Below are positions 32,640-44,742 of a DNA stretch of 64,000 nt, in pieces (the stretch's first letter is position 1; each line of letters starts with the position of its first letter). The stretch is taken from assembly GCA_965219415.1 (NCBI GenBank), contig OZ244742.1, positions 512,001 to 576,000 on the forward strand. The letters are read 5' to 3'. This DNA comes from Candidatus Marinacidobacterales bacterium. GTDB lineage: Bacteria > Acidobacteriota > Vicinamibacteria > Marinacidobacterales > DATDRI01. The position numbers and the translations under genes were made by a program. The notes under the pieces are model-generated. The model saw nothing but the letters and a program-made list of their open reading frames with translations. It was not told the DNA's origin and did no database searches.

Positions 32640-34005
32640 GGATCCGTCCCGCTTCCGTGGAAATAAGAATGGCGTAACCTCCGGTTAAGCAAAACGAAAC
32701 CGCGCCTGGAAAGGCGAGGAGGAGGATTACGCCATGGAGAAGCCTACCACCATATTGAAGGAGTCTGTAAGCGAGTACCGGGAGTTCGTCCAACTTCGGC
32801 TGCGTATGCGGGTACTGGAGGCGATCGAGGTTGTGCTCGAGGAAGAAGTCGACCAAGCGCTGGGGTGTTGTAGCTACGAGCGTGCGGAAGACCGCCGTGG
32901 ATATCGCAACGAAGCCGAAACCCGTCGCGTGACGACGTCGGTGGGAACTCGCGAGCTCCGGGTGCCACGAGCCCGCGTGCGAGACGAGGAAACGGGAGAA
33001 ACGACAGAGTTCAGGAGCGAGCTGTTGCCCCGGTACGCGCGCCGGACTCGTGAGGTCGACGAGGCGCTCTTGGGGACGTACTTGTCGGGCGCGAATAGCC
33101 GCCGGGTCCGCAAAGCGCTGAAACCACTGCTCGGTGAGGAGCACCTATCGAAGAGCGCGGTGTCTCGCGTGGTTAGCCGGCTGAAGGAGCGCTTCGAGGA
33201 ATGGCAGAACCGTGCTCTCAGCGAGGAGGTCTACGCGATCGTTTACCTGGACGGCTTCCACCTGAAAGTGCGGATGGCGAAACGTGTGATCAGCGTACCC
33301 GTACTGGCCGCGCTCGGGGTCGCGCCAGACGGGCACAAACGTCTGTTGTCATTGCGTCTGGCGGTGAGCGAAGCCTCGACGCATCGGGGCTCCGTGCTGG
33401 AGGGACTCCAGGCTCGAGGACTCCGGGCTCCCAAGCTAGTGATCAGCGACGGCCACAAGGGGCTGACGAAAGCGCTGGAGAAGTGGCCGGGGTGCCGGTT
33501 GCAGCGATGTACCGAGCACAAGCGCGCCAACTTGCTCCAACATTGCCCGGCGCACGCACGCCGTGAGCTCCGGCGTGACTACAACCGGATCGTCTACGCC
33601 AAGAACGGGATCGATGCTCGCAAAGCCTATGACGAGCTCGTCGCCAAGTGGACGCCTCTCGCGCCGGCCGTCGTCCGAAGCCTAGAGGAGGCCGGTAATC
33701 AGCTGCTGACCTTCTACGAATTCCCTCGTGCCATGTGGAAATCGATTCGAACGACCAAAGCTCTGGAGAATCTCAACCGCGAGTTTCGACGCCGGACGAA
33801 AACCCAAGCGTCGTTCTCCAGCGAGGAGTCTGCGGTCGCTTTGCTGTTTGGGCTTATCGCCTCTGGCCAGATTCAACTACGACGCATCGACGGCTACCAA
33901 CGTCTGAGCGAGGTTCTCGAACACGCAAAGGTCACCGCCTGATATGATACTCTGATGACGGAGTGGAGGGCACCGTTCTTTTTCCACGGACCTCGGGACA
34001 CATCC
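32640..34005 (+). mobile_element. IS256-family element copy 2 (transposase 32734-33942)
   Basis: near-identical inverted copy of 25106-26472 (about 10 amino-acid differences in 402). Confidence 0.95.
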
Positions 34006-35043
34006 CAGCTGTTACACAGCTGTGGTCTGTTGCGAGGCTCGTTTCGTCCTGGTGAGTCGGTCTGCCGCCTACGCTCGCTTCACCGACAGCGTTGCAGCCT
34101 CATCGAGCAGTGTAGTCGAGCTATTCAATGGATACAGAAATCTCTGGACCAAATGAACGTTCAGGTCCATCGTGCAGTGACCGACATCACCGGCGTCACA
34201 GGCATGCTCATCGTGCGCGCCATCGTTGATGGTGAGCGTGACCCGTCAAAGCTGGCTGCATTTCGTGACCAACGCTGCAAGAAGAGCGAAGAGGAGATCG
34301 CCGAGCATCTTACCGGCACTTGGCGTGACGAGCATCTTTTCAACCTCGCATCGGCTCTGCGTCTCTACGATGCGCTACAAGCCGAAGTCGAACTGTTCGA
34401 CCAGCGTATCCTTGAAGTGCTCATCGAACTCCAGCCGCCACAACGCAGACACCACAACGTGCCAGCTCATCCAAATCCGCAAAAACGATACGACATGCAG
34501 CATCGGGGCGAGAGCGAACTGCGCAACGAGCTGTGGCGTTTTGCTGGATGCGACCTCACCAGGATCGACGGAATCAGTCCAAGTCCAACCACCGCCGCCA
34601 TTGTCCTCACCGAGATCGGATTCGACCTCTCTGATTTCCCTTTCGAAAAATTCTTCGTCTCATGGCTACATCTCGCCCCACGTCGCCCTATCTCCGGCGG
34701 TAAACAACTCTCCAAACGCCGCAACGGCGCCGGCTCCAATCGCATCGCCGGTGCCTTACGTATGGCCGCTGTATCTCTCTCCCGCTCCAAGACCGCCCTA
34801 GGCGCTTACTATCGCCGCACTGCTCGCCGTAAAGATGGCAAAACCGCCGTCTTTGCTACAGCACGCAAGCTCGCCCAGCTCGTCTTCCGCATGCTCAAAT
34901 ATGGCCACGATTACATCGATATCGGCGAACGTGCCTTCGAAGACCGTTTTCGCCAAAACCACATCAACGGTTTACAAAAGGCAGCCGAAGCTCTCGGATA
35001 CACCCTCACTCCCCAGGCTTCCGGAGGGTAGTTTCGGGTCAGG
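34006..35043 (+). mobile_element. IS110-family element, right part (coiled-coil and Tnp domain, stop 35031)
   Basis: LLHSCGLLRGSFRP, DITGVTG, RIDGIS, ISGG catalytic Ser region, ATARKLA; subterminal GGTAGTTTC then CAGG core. Confidence 0.93.
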
Positions 35044-35147
35044 TCGTCGCGAAGTCCCGTTACATCCCCTCAGAGGCCGCGAAGTTGCGTCAGCGCCGCT
35101 TGGGCGGTGTTCCGATGGGAAGGGAGGCGGCACCGACGTCGGGGCTC

Positions 35148-35281
35148 GGTGGAAAAGCTCTGGAAAACTTGTGCATAACGTGTGTGATCGTTGTGAAAAT
35201 CCCACACCCCCTATATGTTGGGGGTGGAGCCTATAAATACCCCAAAAAATGGTTGACAAAGCCTCCAAATGCCCCGACAAT
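35148..35281 (+). promoter_or_regulatory. phased DnaA-box-like array, two NrdR-box-like sites and TTGACA-N17-GACAAT promoter
   Basis: 9-mers at 35148, 35159, 35170, 35181, 35192; CCCCTATATGTTGGGG at 35208 and a weaker box at 35240; -35 at 35253. Confidence 0.6.
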
Positions 35282-35528
35282 ACGCCCCGACATTTGGAGG
35301 TTTAGGTTGGGACGAAAGGGCATTCTCTGGGTTCTAAAGCCTTTTTGAAAGGCTTCTGGGATCATCCCCTCACACGGGGTGAGGCTTCCGTCTCACCTTC
35401 CGCATTACGTTTCGCCCAAATTCTCCCCCCCGTCAAAGGTTGGTTTTCTCGCTCTTGCGCCGAATAAAAGTGGAATAGAGGACCCGCCTGCCCGGTAACC
35501 CCTCCGACACTGCAGGAGGAGGGATACC

Positions 35529-38082
35529 ATGAACCCGTTTTCAAACTCAGTCCTGGCCGGCTTCGTACTTTTTTCCGCCGCCTGTATCGGAGCGGAAGCC
35601 GAACCTACTTCTCGACCTGCCTCTGGCCCAGCCGGTTTCGAACCGACCCCGGCCACTTTATCCGACCGAGGCAAGATCTCGAGCGGCGACTTGAGGGTCA
35701 TGGATGACGACCTGGGGGTGCGGAGCTTCCCGCTCAAACAGACCAACGTTCGCGCCGAGATCGTCGAAACGTAGCCCGAGTCGAAGTCACTCAGAGCTTC
35801 CACAACCCTTACGACAAGAAAATCGAGGCAGTCTACGTGTTCCCCCTCCCCAACCGAGCCGCGGTGGACGATATGACGATCGTGGTCGGGGAGAGAACCA
35901 TTCGTGGCGTCATCAAGAACCGCGACGAGGCTCGCCAAATTTATGAGGCGGCGCGAAAAGCAGGGCATGTCGCCGCCCTGCTGGATCAAGAGCGACCGAA
36001 CATCTTCACCCAATCGGTCGCCAACATTCTCCCGGGCAATCAAGTGGAAGTGAAGATCCGCTACGTCGAGGCACTCCCCTATGAATCGAGCTCCTACGAG
36101 TTCTCGTTCCCGATGGTCGTCGGACCGCGGTTTATACCGGGCGCAGCAACGTCATCCGGCAACCGGGGGTGGGCCCCGAACACCTCGGACGTGCCGGACG
36201 CCTCACGTATCACGCCACCGGTTCTCAAACCGGGCCAGCGCTCGGGGCATAATATTTCGGTAAAGGTGACGCTCAACGCCGGCACGAAGCTGCAGCAGCT
36301 AATGTCCCCTTCCCACGACATCGACATCCAGCGAAAGGGTCGGAAGCGCTCATCGAGCTGAAGCAGGAAGACTCCATTCCCAACAAGGACTTCGTGCTCC
36401 GCTACCAAGTCGATGGGAATGCTCCGAACGTGGTGCTCCTCCCCCACCGGACGAAGGGCAGCGGTTACTTCTTGATGCTCATCCAACCGGAGGAGCGGCC
36501 AGCCGACACGAAGATCACACCCAGGGAGATGATCTTCGTTGTGGACGGCTCGGGCTCGATGCGTGGATTCCCCATGGACAAGGTCAAGGAAGCCATGCGG
36601 CACTCGCTCAAGAACTTGAACCCGCAGGACACGTTCCAGATCGTCCGCTTCTCCAACCGGGCGGAGACCTTTGCCCCCCTACCGGTGCCGGCGACCCGCG
36701 AGAACGTCCAGCGCGGGCTGGGTTATGTCGAGGGCCTTTCCGGTCGCGGCGGCACGATCATGTTGGAGGGGGTCAAGACCGCCCTCAACTACACCGATGA
36801 CCCCACGCGGCTCCGCATCATCTCGTTCATGACCGATGGATACATCGGAAACGAAAACCAGGTCCTCGCTTACCTCGAACAGAATCTCGGCCGCGCGCGG
36901 CTCTTCTCGTTTGGCGTCGGGAGCTCGGTGAACCGCTTCCTGTTGGACAAGATGGCGGACTTCGGAAGAGGTGCGGTGGAGTACGTGCTCCCGAATGACG
37001 ACGCCGAGGCGCCGGTCAAGAGATTCTACGAGCGCATCCGGGATCCATATCTCACCGACATCGAGATCGACTGGAACGGGCTCGAGGTCACGGACATTTA
37101 TCCCGAACGGATTCCCGACCTCTTCTTGGGCCAACCCGTGGTCGTACATGGCCGCTACACAGAGGCGGGCCACGCCTCGATTACGCTTCACGCGCGACTG
37201 GGTGGCAAGCCCTATCAACAGAAGATCAAGGTCGACCTTCCCAATCGACGCAAGCGAGGAACGGCTATCGGTACTCTGTGGGCACGGGCTCGCATCGAGG
37301 ATCTTTCCGACCAGCACATCGTGCATCCTCGACCGGAGCTCGTCGAGGAGATCACCAAAGTCGCGCTCGCTCATCGTCTGGTTTCTGCCTACACGTCTTT
37401 TGTCGCGGTCGAGAAACAGCTCGTGACCGGCTCCGAGCAACCGGTCCTGGTGGAAGTACCGGTGGAAATGCCAGCCGGGGTCAGCTACGAGGGCGTCTTT
37501 GGAGGCGAAATGGAACTGGAACAAACCGCCAAGCGCCGTGTGGCAGGGAAACTATCCAGTCCCATGATCCTCGCCTCCCCGGCGGCCCCTAGCGAGCCAG
37601 TCGCCCAATCGGCGGAATCCGCGGTCAGGAGCGTTACAACTCGCCCGCGGGAGAACCAGCGCCAGGAAGAACGAGACCGATTCTCCCTCGACGACAAGGG
37701 CGAGGAGCAAGCCGTTGTGGCCTGCCGCATCGAGGCGGCCCGCACGAGCTACCGCGTCGGCGAACCGATCGAGATCCTGGTCACCATCGCCAACCTCACC
37801 GGCCAAACGGTCCAAGTTCCCGCGGCGCTTTCTGCCATCGACGGGACGGCACGATTCCAAGTCTTGGACACGAATTGGAAGCCCTTCCAGCACCCGACAC
37901 CGAATGCCGTTACACCGAAATCGATCCCCCTTCAGCCCGGCGCGAAGGTGACTCTGCGCATGGTTCTGAACGCCGCCGGTGGATACCAACTGAGCCTACC
38001 CGGGACGTACCACATCGTGCTGCTCGGCGCAGCGATCGGCCTACCCAATTCCAACACACTCACGATTCGCGTCGTTCTTTGA
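35529..38082 (+). CDS. secreted (lipo)protein with VIT and vWA domains (frameshifts near 35765 and 36350)
   Basis: strong RBS; EVTQSFHNPY..IEAVYVFPLP, FPMVVGPRF, MIDAS DGSGSM, GGT, MTDG, FGVGSSVNRFLL, LVSAYTSFVAV. Confidence 0.9.
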
Positions 38083-38087
38083 CGCGG

Positions 38088-38137
38088 AGAAGGGGATCCC
38101 GGCCGCGCCCAACGGCCAGGGGTCCTCTTCGTTTTTC
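38088..38137 (+). terminator. GC-rich hairpin with U tract after the VIT-vWA gene
   Basis: gaaggggatcccggccg...cggccaggggtcctcttc followed by gttttt. Confidence 0.55.
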
Positions 38138-38206
38138 CCAACTCTTTCCCACGGCGTTGGTGTGCGCGAGCCAAGGAAAATATAATGTCTGCGAAAGGAC
38201 GACTGA

Positions 38207-40234
38207 GTGTATTCAATTCAACCCGCTCAACTGAAACCCGGCGTCACAGCGGACGGCCTCCCGTCCTCGAGCCAGCCCACGACCGAGGGCGGTCGAGCCC
38301 TCATCCAGGGAAAAACTCTCATCTTCTGGGATCCCAAGCGACCGGGCGAGAAGCTCGACGCCATCGATACCGACCAAATCACTCCCGCCAAGGACTGTGT
38401 ATCGGAGAGTCTCGACAAGCTGGACGAAAAATGGAAGGTGGGAACGTTCCGTTACTTGATGCCGGATTTCCGCAAGAGGGTGCACGCCGGCGAGACGTTC
38501 GTCATTGCCGGGGATCGCTTCGCGATCGGCTCTTCGCGGGAGATGAGCCCCGCCGGACTCAAGGCCGTCGCCGAGGAAGTCGGGCTAGAGCTCGTCGTGG
38601 TCTGCGGAAACAACCTGGGCGACATCTTCCGTCGCAACGCGTTGAACCTGGGGCTGCGGGTGGTCCAATCCCCAGAGGCCGTCGCAGACGCGCAAGACAA
38701 CGATATCTTCGGCTTCAATCCCACGACACGCACTCTCACCAACGAGACACAACAGCGAACGTACGAGCCGCTTCCACTGACTCCAAAGGAAGACGAGATC
38801 CGCCGGAGCGGCGGCATCTTCTCCGTGGGCCGACGTGAGTTTCGACACTCGGTAGAGCAGCCTCCGGTGATCGAGTGGCCCGATGCCGACACCGCGCGCC
38901 GACTGACTACGACCGAGCAAATCGTCTGGGCGCATCGCGTGGACAAGAACGCCGAGGTCCGCCCGGGAGCCACCTTGCGGGTCTATGCCGATCTGCTCCC
39001 GGCGTCGGACGGAACCGCCCCCTTCGCCATCCACACGTTCAATCAGATCACGGGTGGCAACACGATCTATCCGCGCCTGGCCGCCATCGCCAACGACCAT
39101 TTCGTCTTCACCGGCAAAGACTCCGACGAAAAACAAACGTCCATCGGCCGCGCCTTCGCCAAGATGCATGAGATGGAAAAGCCCTACTATGCCACCCCCG
39201 GTGACGGCATCTTTCATTTCTACTTCCCCGAGCAGGGATTGATTCTGCCCGGACAGTTCATCCCTGGAGCCGACTCACATAGCCGCGCTTACGGAGCCTA
39301 CGGCGCGGTTGGGATCGGGGTGGGTTCGACAACCCTGGGGTTCGGTTGGTCGACCGGCTACGTCTACTTCACACTCGCCAAGGCACGACGTGTCGTCTTC
39401 ACCGGCGAGCTACAGCCTTGGGTCAGCGGCAAGGACATCGTGCTCAAGCTTCTCGAACGCTGGGGCGCGGGGCAGTCGCAGGGCATGTCGGTCGAGTTCG
39501 TAGACAGGGACCGGCAATTTCCCATCGCCTACCGCAACACCATCGCCAACATGATGGCGGAAGGCGAGGCACAAAACGGTATCTTCGCGGCCGACGACAC
39601 CACGCTAGCCTGGTATCGCGAAAAAGGGCTCGAGCTCCCTTACCCCCCTATCCAGCCCGGGACCGATGCGGCCTACGAGATCGACGAGGAGCTCGACCTA
39701 TCGGAGGTCAGGCCTATGATCGCCAAGCCCTTCAGCCCGGGCAATGCGTTTCCGGCCGACGAAGTCGCGAAGGAACGGCTTTCCTTCGACAAGGCCTATA
39801 TCGGCTCGTGCACCAACGGCAGCTACCAAGATCTGCTTCAGGCCGCGCTCGTGATCCGGGCGGCACGCGAGACGGGACACAAAGAGGCCGCCAGGGACTT
39901 CGTGATCTTTCCTGGCTCGGGGGGAGTGAGGAAGCTCATCGAGAACCCCGAGCCGCGTCTAGACGGGGAGTCCATTGCGGATGTCTTGCGTTCGGTGGGA
40001 GGGCAGATCCGAGATTCCTGGTGCGGGCCCTGCTTCGGTCAAGGCCCCGACGCGCTGCAGTCGGGTGAGCGCGCCATTACCTCCTTCAATCGTAACTGGC
40101 AAAACCGCATGGGATTCGGTGGCGAGGGATTTCTCGCAAGCCCCGCCGTGGTAGTCTCCTCCGCACTTCTCGGGTACATGGCCCCACCGAGCGAGTTGCA
40201 GCTCTCGTGGAAGCCCGAGCTCTACGGCCTATAG
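38207..40234 (+). CDS. aconitase-superfamily dehydratase, fused small-then-large subunit (LeuD-LeuC type)
   Basis: N-terminal IDTDQI, GSSRE, IFRRNALNLG swivel domain; NDH, GADSHS, GSCTNG, CGPC, TSFNRN, LASP. Confidence 0.9.
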   Translation: MYSIQPAQLKPGVTADGLPSSSQPTTEGGRALIQGKTLIFWDPKRPGEKLDAIDTDQITPAKDCVSESLDKLDEKWKVGTFRYLMPDFRKRVHAGETFVIAGDRFAIGSSREMSPAGLKAVAEEVGLELVVVCGNNLGDIFRRNALNLGLRVVQSPEAVADAQDNDIFGFNPTTRTLTNETQQRTYEPLPLTPKEDEIRRSGGIFSVGRREFRHSVEQPPVIEWPDADTARRLTTTEQIVWAHRVDKNAEVRPGATLRVYADLLPASDGTAPFAIHTFNQITGGNTIYPRLAAIANDHFVFTGKDSDEKQTSIGRAFAKMHEMEKPYYATPGDGIFHFYFPEQGLILPGQFIPGADSHSRAYGAYGAVGIGVGSTTLGFGWSTGYVYFTLAKARRVVFTGELQPWVSGKDIVLKLLERWGAGQSQGMSVEFVDRDRQFPIAYRNTIANMMAEGEAQNGIFAADDTTLAWYREKGLELPYPPIQPGTDAAYEIDEELDLSEVRPMIAKPFSPGNAFPADEVAKERLSFDKAYIGSCTNGSYQDLLQAALVIRAARETGHKEAARDFVIFPGSGGVRKLIENPEPRLDGESIADVLRSVGGQIRDSWCGPCFGQGPDALQSGERAITSFNRNWQNRMGFGGEGFLASPAVVVSSALLGYMAPPSELQLSWKPELYGL

Positions 40235-40268
40235 CTCGCCGTAGCGACACAGGACGGAAAGAATCAAA

Positions 40269-41906
40269 ATGAAGACGTTGAGACCTGCCGATTACCAACC
40301 GAAACTACCGATCGATAAACTGATCCTCGAAGAAGCCCCGGGCGACGAAGCCGTTCCCATGGACGTCGTCTTTGTAGGCGGCGGGCCCGCGGGATTGGCG
40401 GGCGCCATCGAACTGGCACGCCTGGCCAAGAAGGACGACACCGAGCTCGAGATCGGCATTATGGAAAAAGCCGAACGGCTCGGCGATCACTGTTTGTCGG
40501 GCGCGGTCGTCGACCCGATCGCCTTCCGCGAGCTTTACCCCGAGCTCGAAGACAAGGATTTTCCCTTTCGCACTCCGGTCGAGAAGGAACGCGTCTATTT
40601 AATGACCCAAAATGGGCAGTTTCGGCTACCCACGCCGCCAACCATGCAGAACCATGGCTTCTACGTCGCCTCGCTCTGCGAGATCACGCGCTGGCTGGGA
40701 GAGAAGGCCGAGGAGCTCGGGATCAATGTCTTCACCGGTTTCCCGGTCGATTCCCTGCTCGTCGAGGGCAAGGGCGTTCGCGGAGTTCGTACCACTCCGG
40801 GCGGCCTCAACAAAGATGGCCAACCGGGCGGCGCCTATGTCCCGCCCACCGACGTAACTGCCCGCGTCACCGTGCTTTCGGAAGGAACGCGCGGCCCCCT
40901 GACCCAGGCTTACTTGAGCTGGCAACAAATCGGCGCACCGAATCCACAAATCTTCGGTCTCGGCGTCAAGGAGCTTTGGGAGGTCAAGCGCCCTTTGGAT
41001 GCTGTCGTCCATACGCTCGGCTGGCCACTTCCCCTGGACGCGTTCGGGGGCAGCTTCTTCTACCCGATGGCGGAAAACTTAGTCGCGCTAGGCATCGTCG
41101 TGGGACTCGACTATCGGCAGCACTCGCTCGACGTGCACGAGCTCTTGCAGAGACTGAAGTCCCATCCGCTTTTTCGTCCCTACCTGGAAGGTGGGGAAAT
41201 GCTGGAGTGGGGAGCCAAAACCATGCCCGAGGGCGGGTACTATTCGCTCCCGGATCGCTTTCATGGGGACGGCCTCTTGATGGCGGGAGACGCAGCCGGA
41301 TTCGTCGACGTACCGTCGTTGAAAGGCATTCATTACGCGATGATGTCGGGCATCTTGGCGGCACGGACCATCTTCAAGGCCTTGAAGGCTGACGATACGT
41401 CGGCGAAGGCGCTCGGCGGATTCGACGCCGCGGTCAAAGACAGCTTCATCTATCGCGATCTTTACCGCAGGCGGAACATGCGGCTGACCTTCAAATCCGG
41501 TTTCTATACTGGAGGGGTCAAGGCGGGCCTAATGACCGTCACCAAGGGTGCCTTTCCTGGACGTAAGATCGACATCGAGGAAGACGCGGCCGAACCGAAG
41601 GAGGTGGTTCCCACTTCCGAAACCAAACCGGACGGCAAGCTTACCTTCACCAAGCTGGACGGCGTCTTCCGGTCCGGCAACAACACGCGCGACGACATGC
41701 CTTCGCATCTCGACGTGACTCCCGACGTGCCCCCCGACGTCGCCGAGCTCTACGAGCACATGTGTCCCGCATCGGTCTACGAGCGCCAGGACGGCAAGCT
41801 GGTCGTCAACCCCGCCAACTGCGTCGATTGCAAGACGACGGACGTGCTGGGGGCCCGCTGGGCGCCGCGCGAGGGCGGCGCCGGCACCAAGTACAACCGC
41901 ATGTAG
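40269..41906 (+). CDS. electron transfer flavoprotein-ubiquinone oxidoreductase
   Basis: GGGPAGL FAD site, HCLSGAV, GVKELW, HTLGWPL, GDAAGF, KGIHYAM, C-terminal CPASVYE...NCVDCKT ferredoxin-like part. Confidence 0.93.
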   Translation: MKTLRPADYQPKLPIDKLILEEAPGDEAVPMDVVFVGGGPAGLAGAIELARLAKKDDTELEIGIMEKAERLGDHCLSGAVVDPIAFRELYPELEDKDFPFRTPVEKERVYLMTQNGQFRLPTPPTMQNHGFYVASLCEITRWLGEKAEELGINVFTGFPVDSLLVEGKGVRGVRTTPGGLNKDGQPGGAYVPPTDVTARVTVLSEGTRGPLTQAYLSWQQIGAPNPQIFGLGVKELWEVKRPLDAVVHTLGWPLPLDAFGGSFFYPMAENLVALGIVVGLDYRQHSLDVHELLQRLKSHPLFRPYLEGGEMLEWGAKTMPEGGYYSLPDRFHGDGLLMAGDAAGFVDVPSLKGIHYAMMSGILAARTIFKALKADDTSAKALGGFDAAVKDSFIYRDLYRRRNMRLTFKSGFYTGGVKAGLMTVTKGAFPGRKIDIEEDAAEPKEVVPTSETKPDGKLTFTKLDGVFRSGNNTRDDMPSHLDVTPDVPPDVAELYEHMCPASVYERQDGKLVVNPANCVDCKTTDVLGARWAPREGGAGTKYNRM

Positions 41907-41923
41907 CGGGCGGAAAGCCCCTA

Positions 41924-44172
41924 TCAGAACCGCACGGAAAAGCTCAGATAGAACTGTCCCTTCGACTCGTTCGGCAAGGGATCGAGGTTGAAGCCGTAGC
42001 CAAAGCGGAAGGGGATATTCCAAACGGGGATGCGAATTTGCGCCTCCGCCCCCGCGTCGAAGCGTAGCAATGGCTGTTCTTCGCCTTCGAAGTCGCTGGT
42101 ATAGACGTTGCCGAGGTCGAAAAAACCTACCAGACGAAGCCTCCGGTGGATCGCGTACTGATACTCGGCGCCGGCGTAAAGAAGTTGTTCTCCTCCGACG
42201 ACGACGTCTTCCGTTCGAGGGCCGACCCCTCGTACGGGAAAGCCGCGCATATCGTTCTCCCCTCCCAGGAAGAGTCTCTCGAAACGAGGAAGTCCTTCCG
42301 CCTCGGTGGTACCGAACGGCCATACGGCTCGGGCTCGACCGGATAGTGCGACCAGGTGCCGACGACTACCGTCCAACGGCTGAAGATGATTGACCTGGCC
42401 GCCGGCGCCGAAGAGCTCTACGTCGCCTCCTAGAACCCCCTCGACAAATTCCGTCCTCATCTGGGCCGAGGTCCCTCGAGTCGCAAATACCGGAGCGTCA
42501 CGTCCATCGAAGCCAACCGCCCACTCGACACGATGAGTCCGGAACCGCTCGCCCACGAACGGAGTCAAAAATGGAACGAACTCATCGAGCTCCGAATCGA
42601 GTGTAAATTGGGAAAAAGCCAAACCAAATCGATGCTGGAGTCGACGTACCGCCGGGCCGGTCGCTCGAATTCTGAGATCATAGGAATCCTCGGAGGTCTG
42701 GTCGGGAAACTCGAGGGAGAAGCGTGTGAAATCCACGGCCAGGGAAAACGCCCGGCCGAGCGTGAACGGATCCAAGTAGCCCACCGCGAAATTCTGGAAG
42801 CGATTTCCCAGATCGACCTCGGCCCGGAACGTTTCGCCCCGGCCCAGGAGACTCCGCGTGAGGAACTGACCAGTGCCCGTCGCCCCCTGGATTGGGTTCG
42901 CATTGCCCCCGATCAAGTACTCGAACGTCGGGATCTCGTCGAGGTGGAACGCAATCTCGGCCGTCAACAACGCGGAGACCAGTTTGACCTCGGGCTGCAC
43001 GGAGCGAAAGCTTGCGAGCCGCATCAAGGACTGTGCGCTGGCCTCGAGTCCGCGCGGCGTGAATGGCTCTCCTTCCGCCAGGACGAGATACTGGCGCAGA
43101 TCCTGATCCCGGTACCGGCTATTGCCCGTGAAACTCGATCCGCCCTACGCGATACATGGGGCCTACGGTCACATCGAGACTGAGATGAACGCCGACGGGT
43201 TTGCGCCTCCACCCGTTCGTCTCGTTCCACTCGAACCAACGCGTAACCCCGATCCCGGTAATACTCCTCGATGCGCCGAACCACCCGATCGATGGCGGTG
43301 GCATCGTAAACGTCACCCCCGGACATCGAGATCCACTCCAGAACGTTTTCTTCCGTCAAGAGAAGGCCGGTAGCAACGGCTATTTGGCCGAGCTCGTAAC
43401 GCTCTCCCTCGTTGATGGGGATGACGATCGACACGCGACCGGGCTCTATCTGTTTGGTCAGCACAGGTCCGACGTGCACTCGCAAGTACCCCTGGCGGCG
43501 ATAGAAAGAGCGGGTTCGCTCGACGTCCGCGTCGAGCTCTTCCGAGCGCAGGCGATCCTTTCGCGTGAGCCAGCTTTTCCAATCAGAAGGACGTAGCTGC
43601 ATGGCGCCCCGGAGCGCCGCATCGTCCTGCTCGCGGTTTCCCCGGAATTCGATGCGGGCGACCCGAACCATGATGCGCCGCGAGACATCGAGAACCAGGT
43701 CGATTCGGTTCCCCTCCGCCGGCTCGAGCTCCGCCGATACGTGGAAGGAATCTCCGAGGAAACGACCGAGCACCTTGGCGGCCCTTGCAGCATCAGTCTC
43801 ATTGAAGAAGCTTCCCGGGCGCAGGTCGACGCCTCGCTCTCGAACCTCTTCCACGAGATCCGAGTCGGTCTCGGGGTCTCCCCGGATACTTACCGAGCGC
43901 AGCAGGGGTTTTTCTTCGACCTCTACGACCAACCGAACGCCACCCGATGCATCCTCGGTGCCGAAGCGGATGTCTTCGAAAAACCCCGTGTCCCACAGGC
44001 GGCGAAGGGCGTCTCGAAACTCCGTCGGGCTGGGAGCCTTTCCTCTGAGTGGACCCACGTACGCCATGATCGTCTCGGCAGGCACGTGCAGGTTTCCAAT
44101 GACTTCGATACCGACTACCGGCTGCTGGGGAGAGCCCCATAAGAGCGCGACGATGCTGAACGGAAGCAGCAT
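41924..44172 (-). CDS. BamA/Omp85-family protein with POTRA domains (frameshifts around 43050-43200)
   Basis: LRRLWDTGFFEDI, VEVEEKP, IEFRGN, YRRQGY, INEGERY; LGGENDMRGF; terminal SVRF. Confidence 0.88.
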
Positions 44173-44334
44173 TTGCCTCAGGCCACGGGTTTGGAACGGG
44201 GGCTCCCCCTAGACTACCTTAAAGGACGTCCTCGGCTAGTGCCCTAGTGGTCAGGCTTGGAGGGTTATTTGGCTTCGCCCCACGAAACGCGGTAGACTTA
44301 GTCAACCCAATCCAGTCTAATCCGGGAGAATCCA

Positions 44335-44724
44335 GTGACTTTTTCCGCAGACAATGGCGCTAACCCGAGCGCACGAAGAAGATACCGTTTTGAAGCCAAG
44401 GAGCCGATTCCGGTGCTGGTACAGACGGCCGGCAGCTGGCAACCGGGACACGTCCACAACCTCAGCCCTCGAGGCGCGTTCGTGACGCTGGACGCCGACG
44501 TTTGGGTCGGCGAAGAGGTCACGATGGTCCTGGGCTTGCCGACCAACGCGGGAGGCCGCTTGAGTCTACGCGGCCTCACGGTCTGGCGAAATCCGTCTTC
44601 AGAGATGCCAGGCTACGGTCTGATGATTCGCGATGAACCCGATCGTGACTCGAGTCTTCAGCAGGCGATCGGTCGATTGTCTCAAAGTGGTTTGCTGTTC
44701 GATACCGAGAAGGGACTAGGGTAA
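44335..44724 (+). CDS. PilZ domain protein
   Basis: RRRYR and NLSPRG c-di-GMP motifs, VWRN, GYGL. Confidence 0.8.
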   Translation: MTFSADNGANPSARRRYRFEAKEPIPVLVQTAGSWQPGHVHNLSPRGAFVTLDADVWVGEEVTMVLGLPTNAGGRLSLRGLTVWRNPSSEMPGYGLMIRDEPDRDSSLQQAIGRLSQSGLLFDTEKGLG

Positions 44725-44742
44725 AACCCCCGATGGGTACCC

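Noticed and set aside
35148-35200. Chromosomal replication origin
   Set aside because: Only one consensus DnaA box, no clear AT-rich unwinding element, and no dnaA/dnaN/gidA context; the NrdR-like pair favours a promoter.
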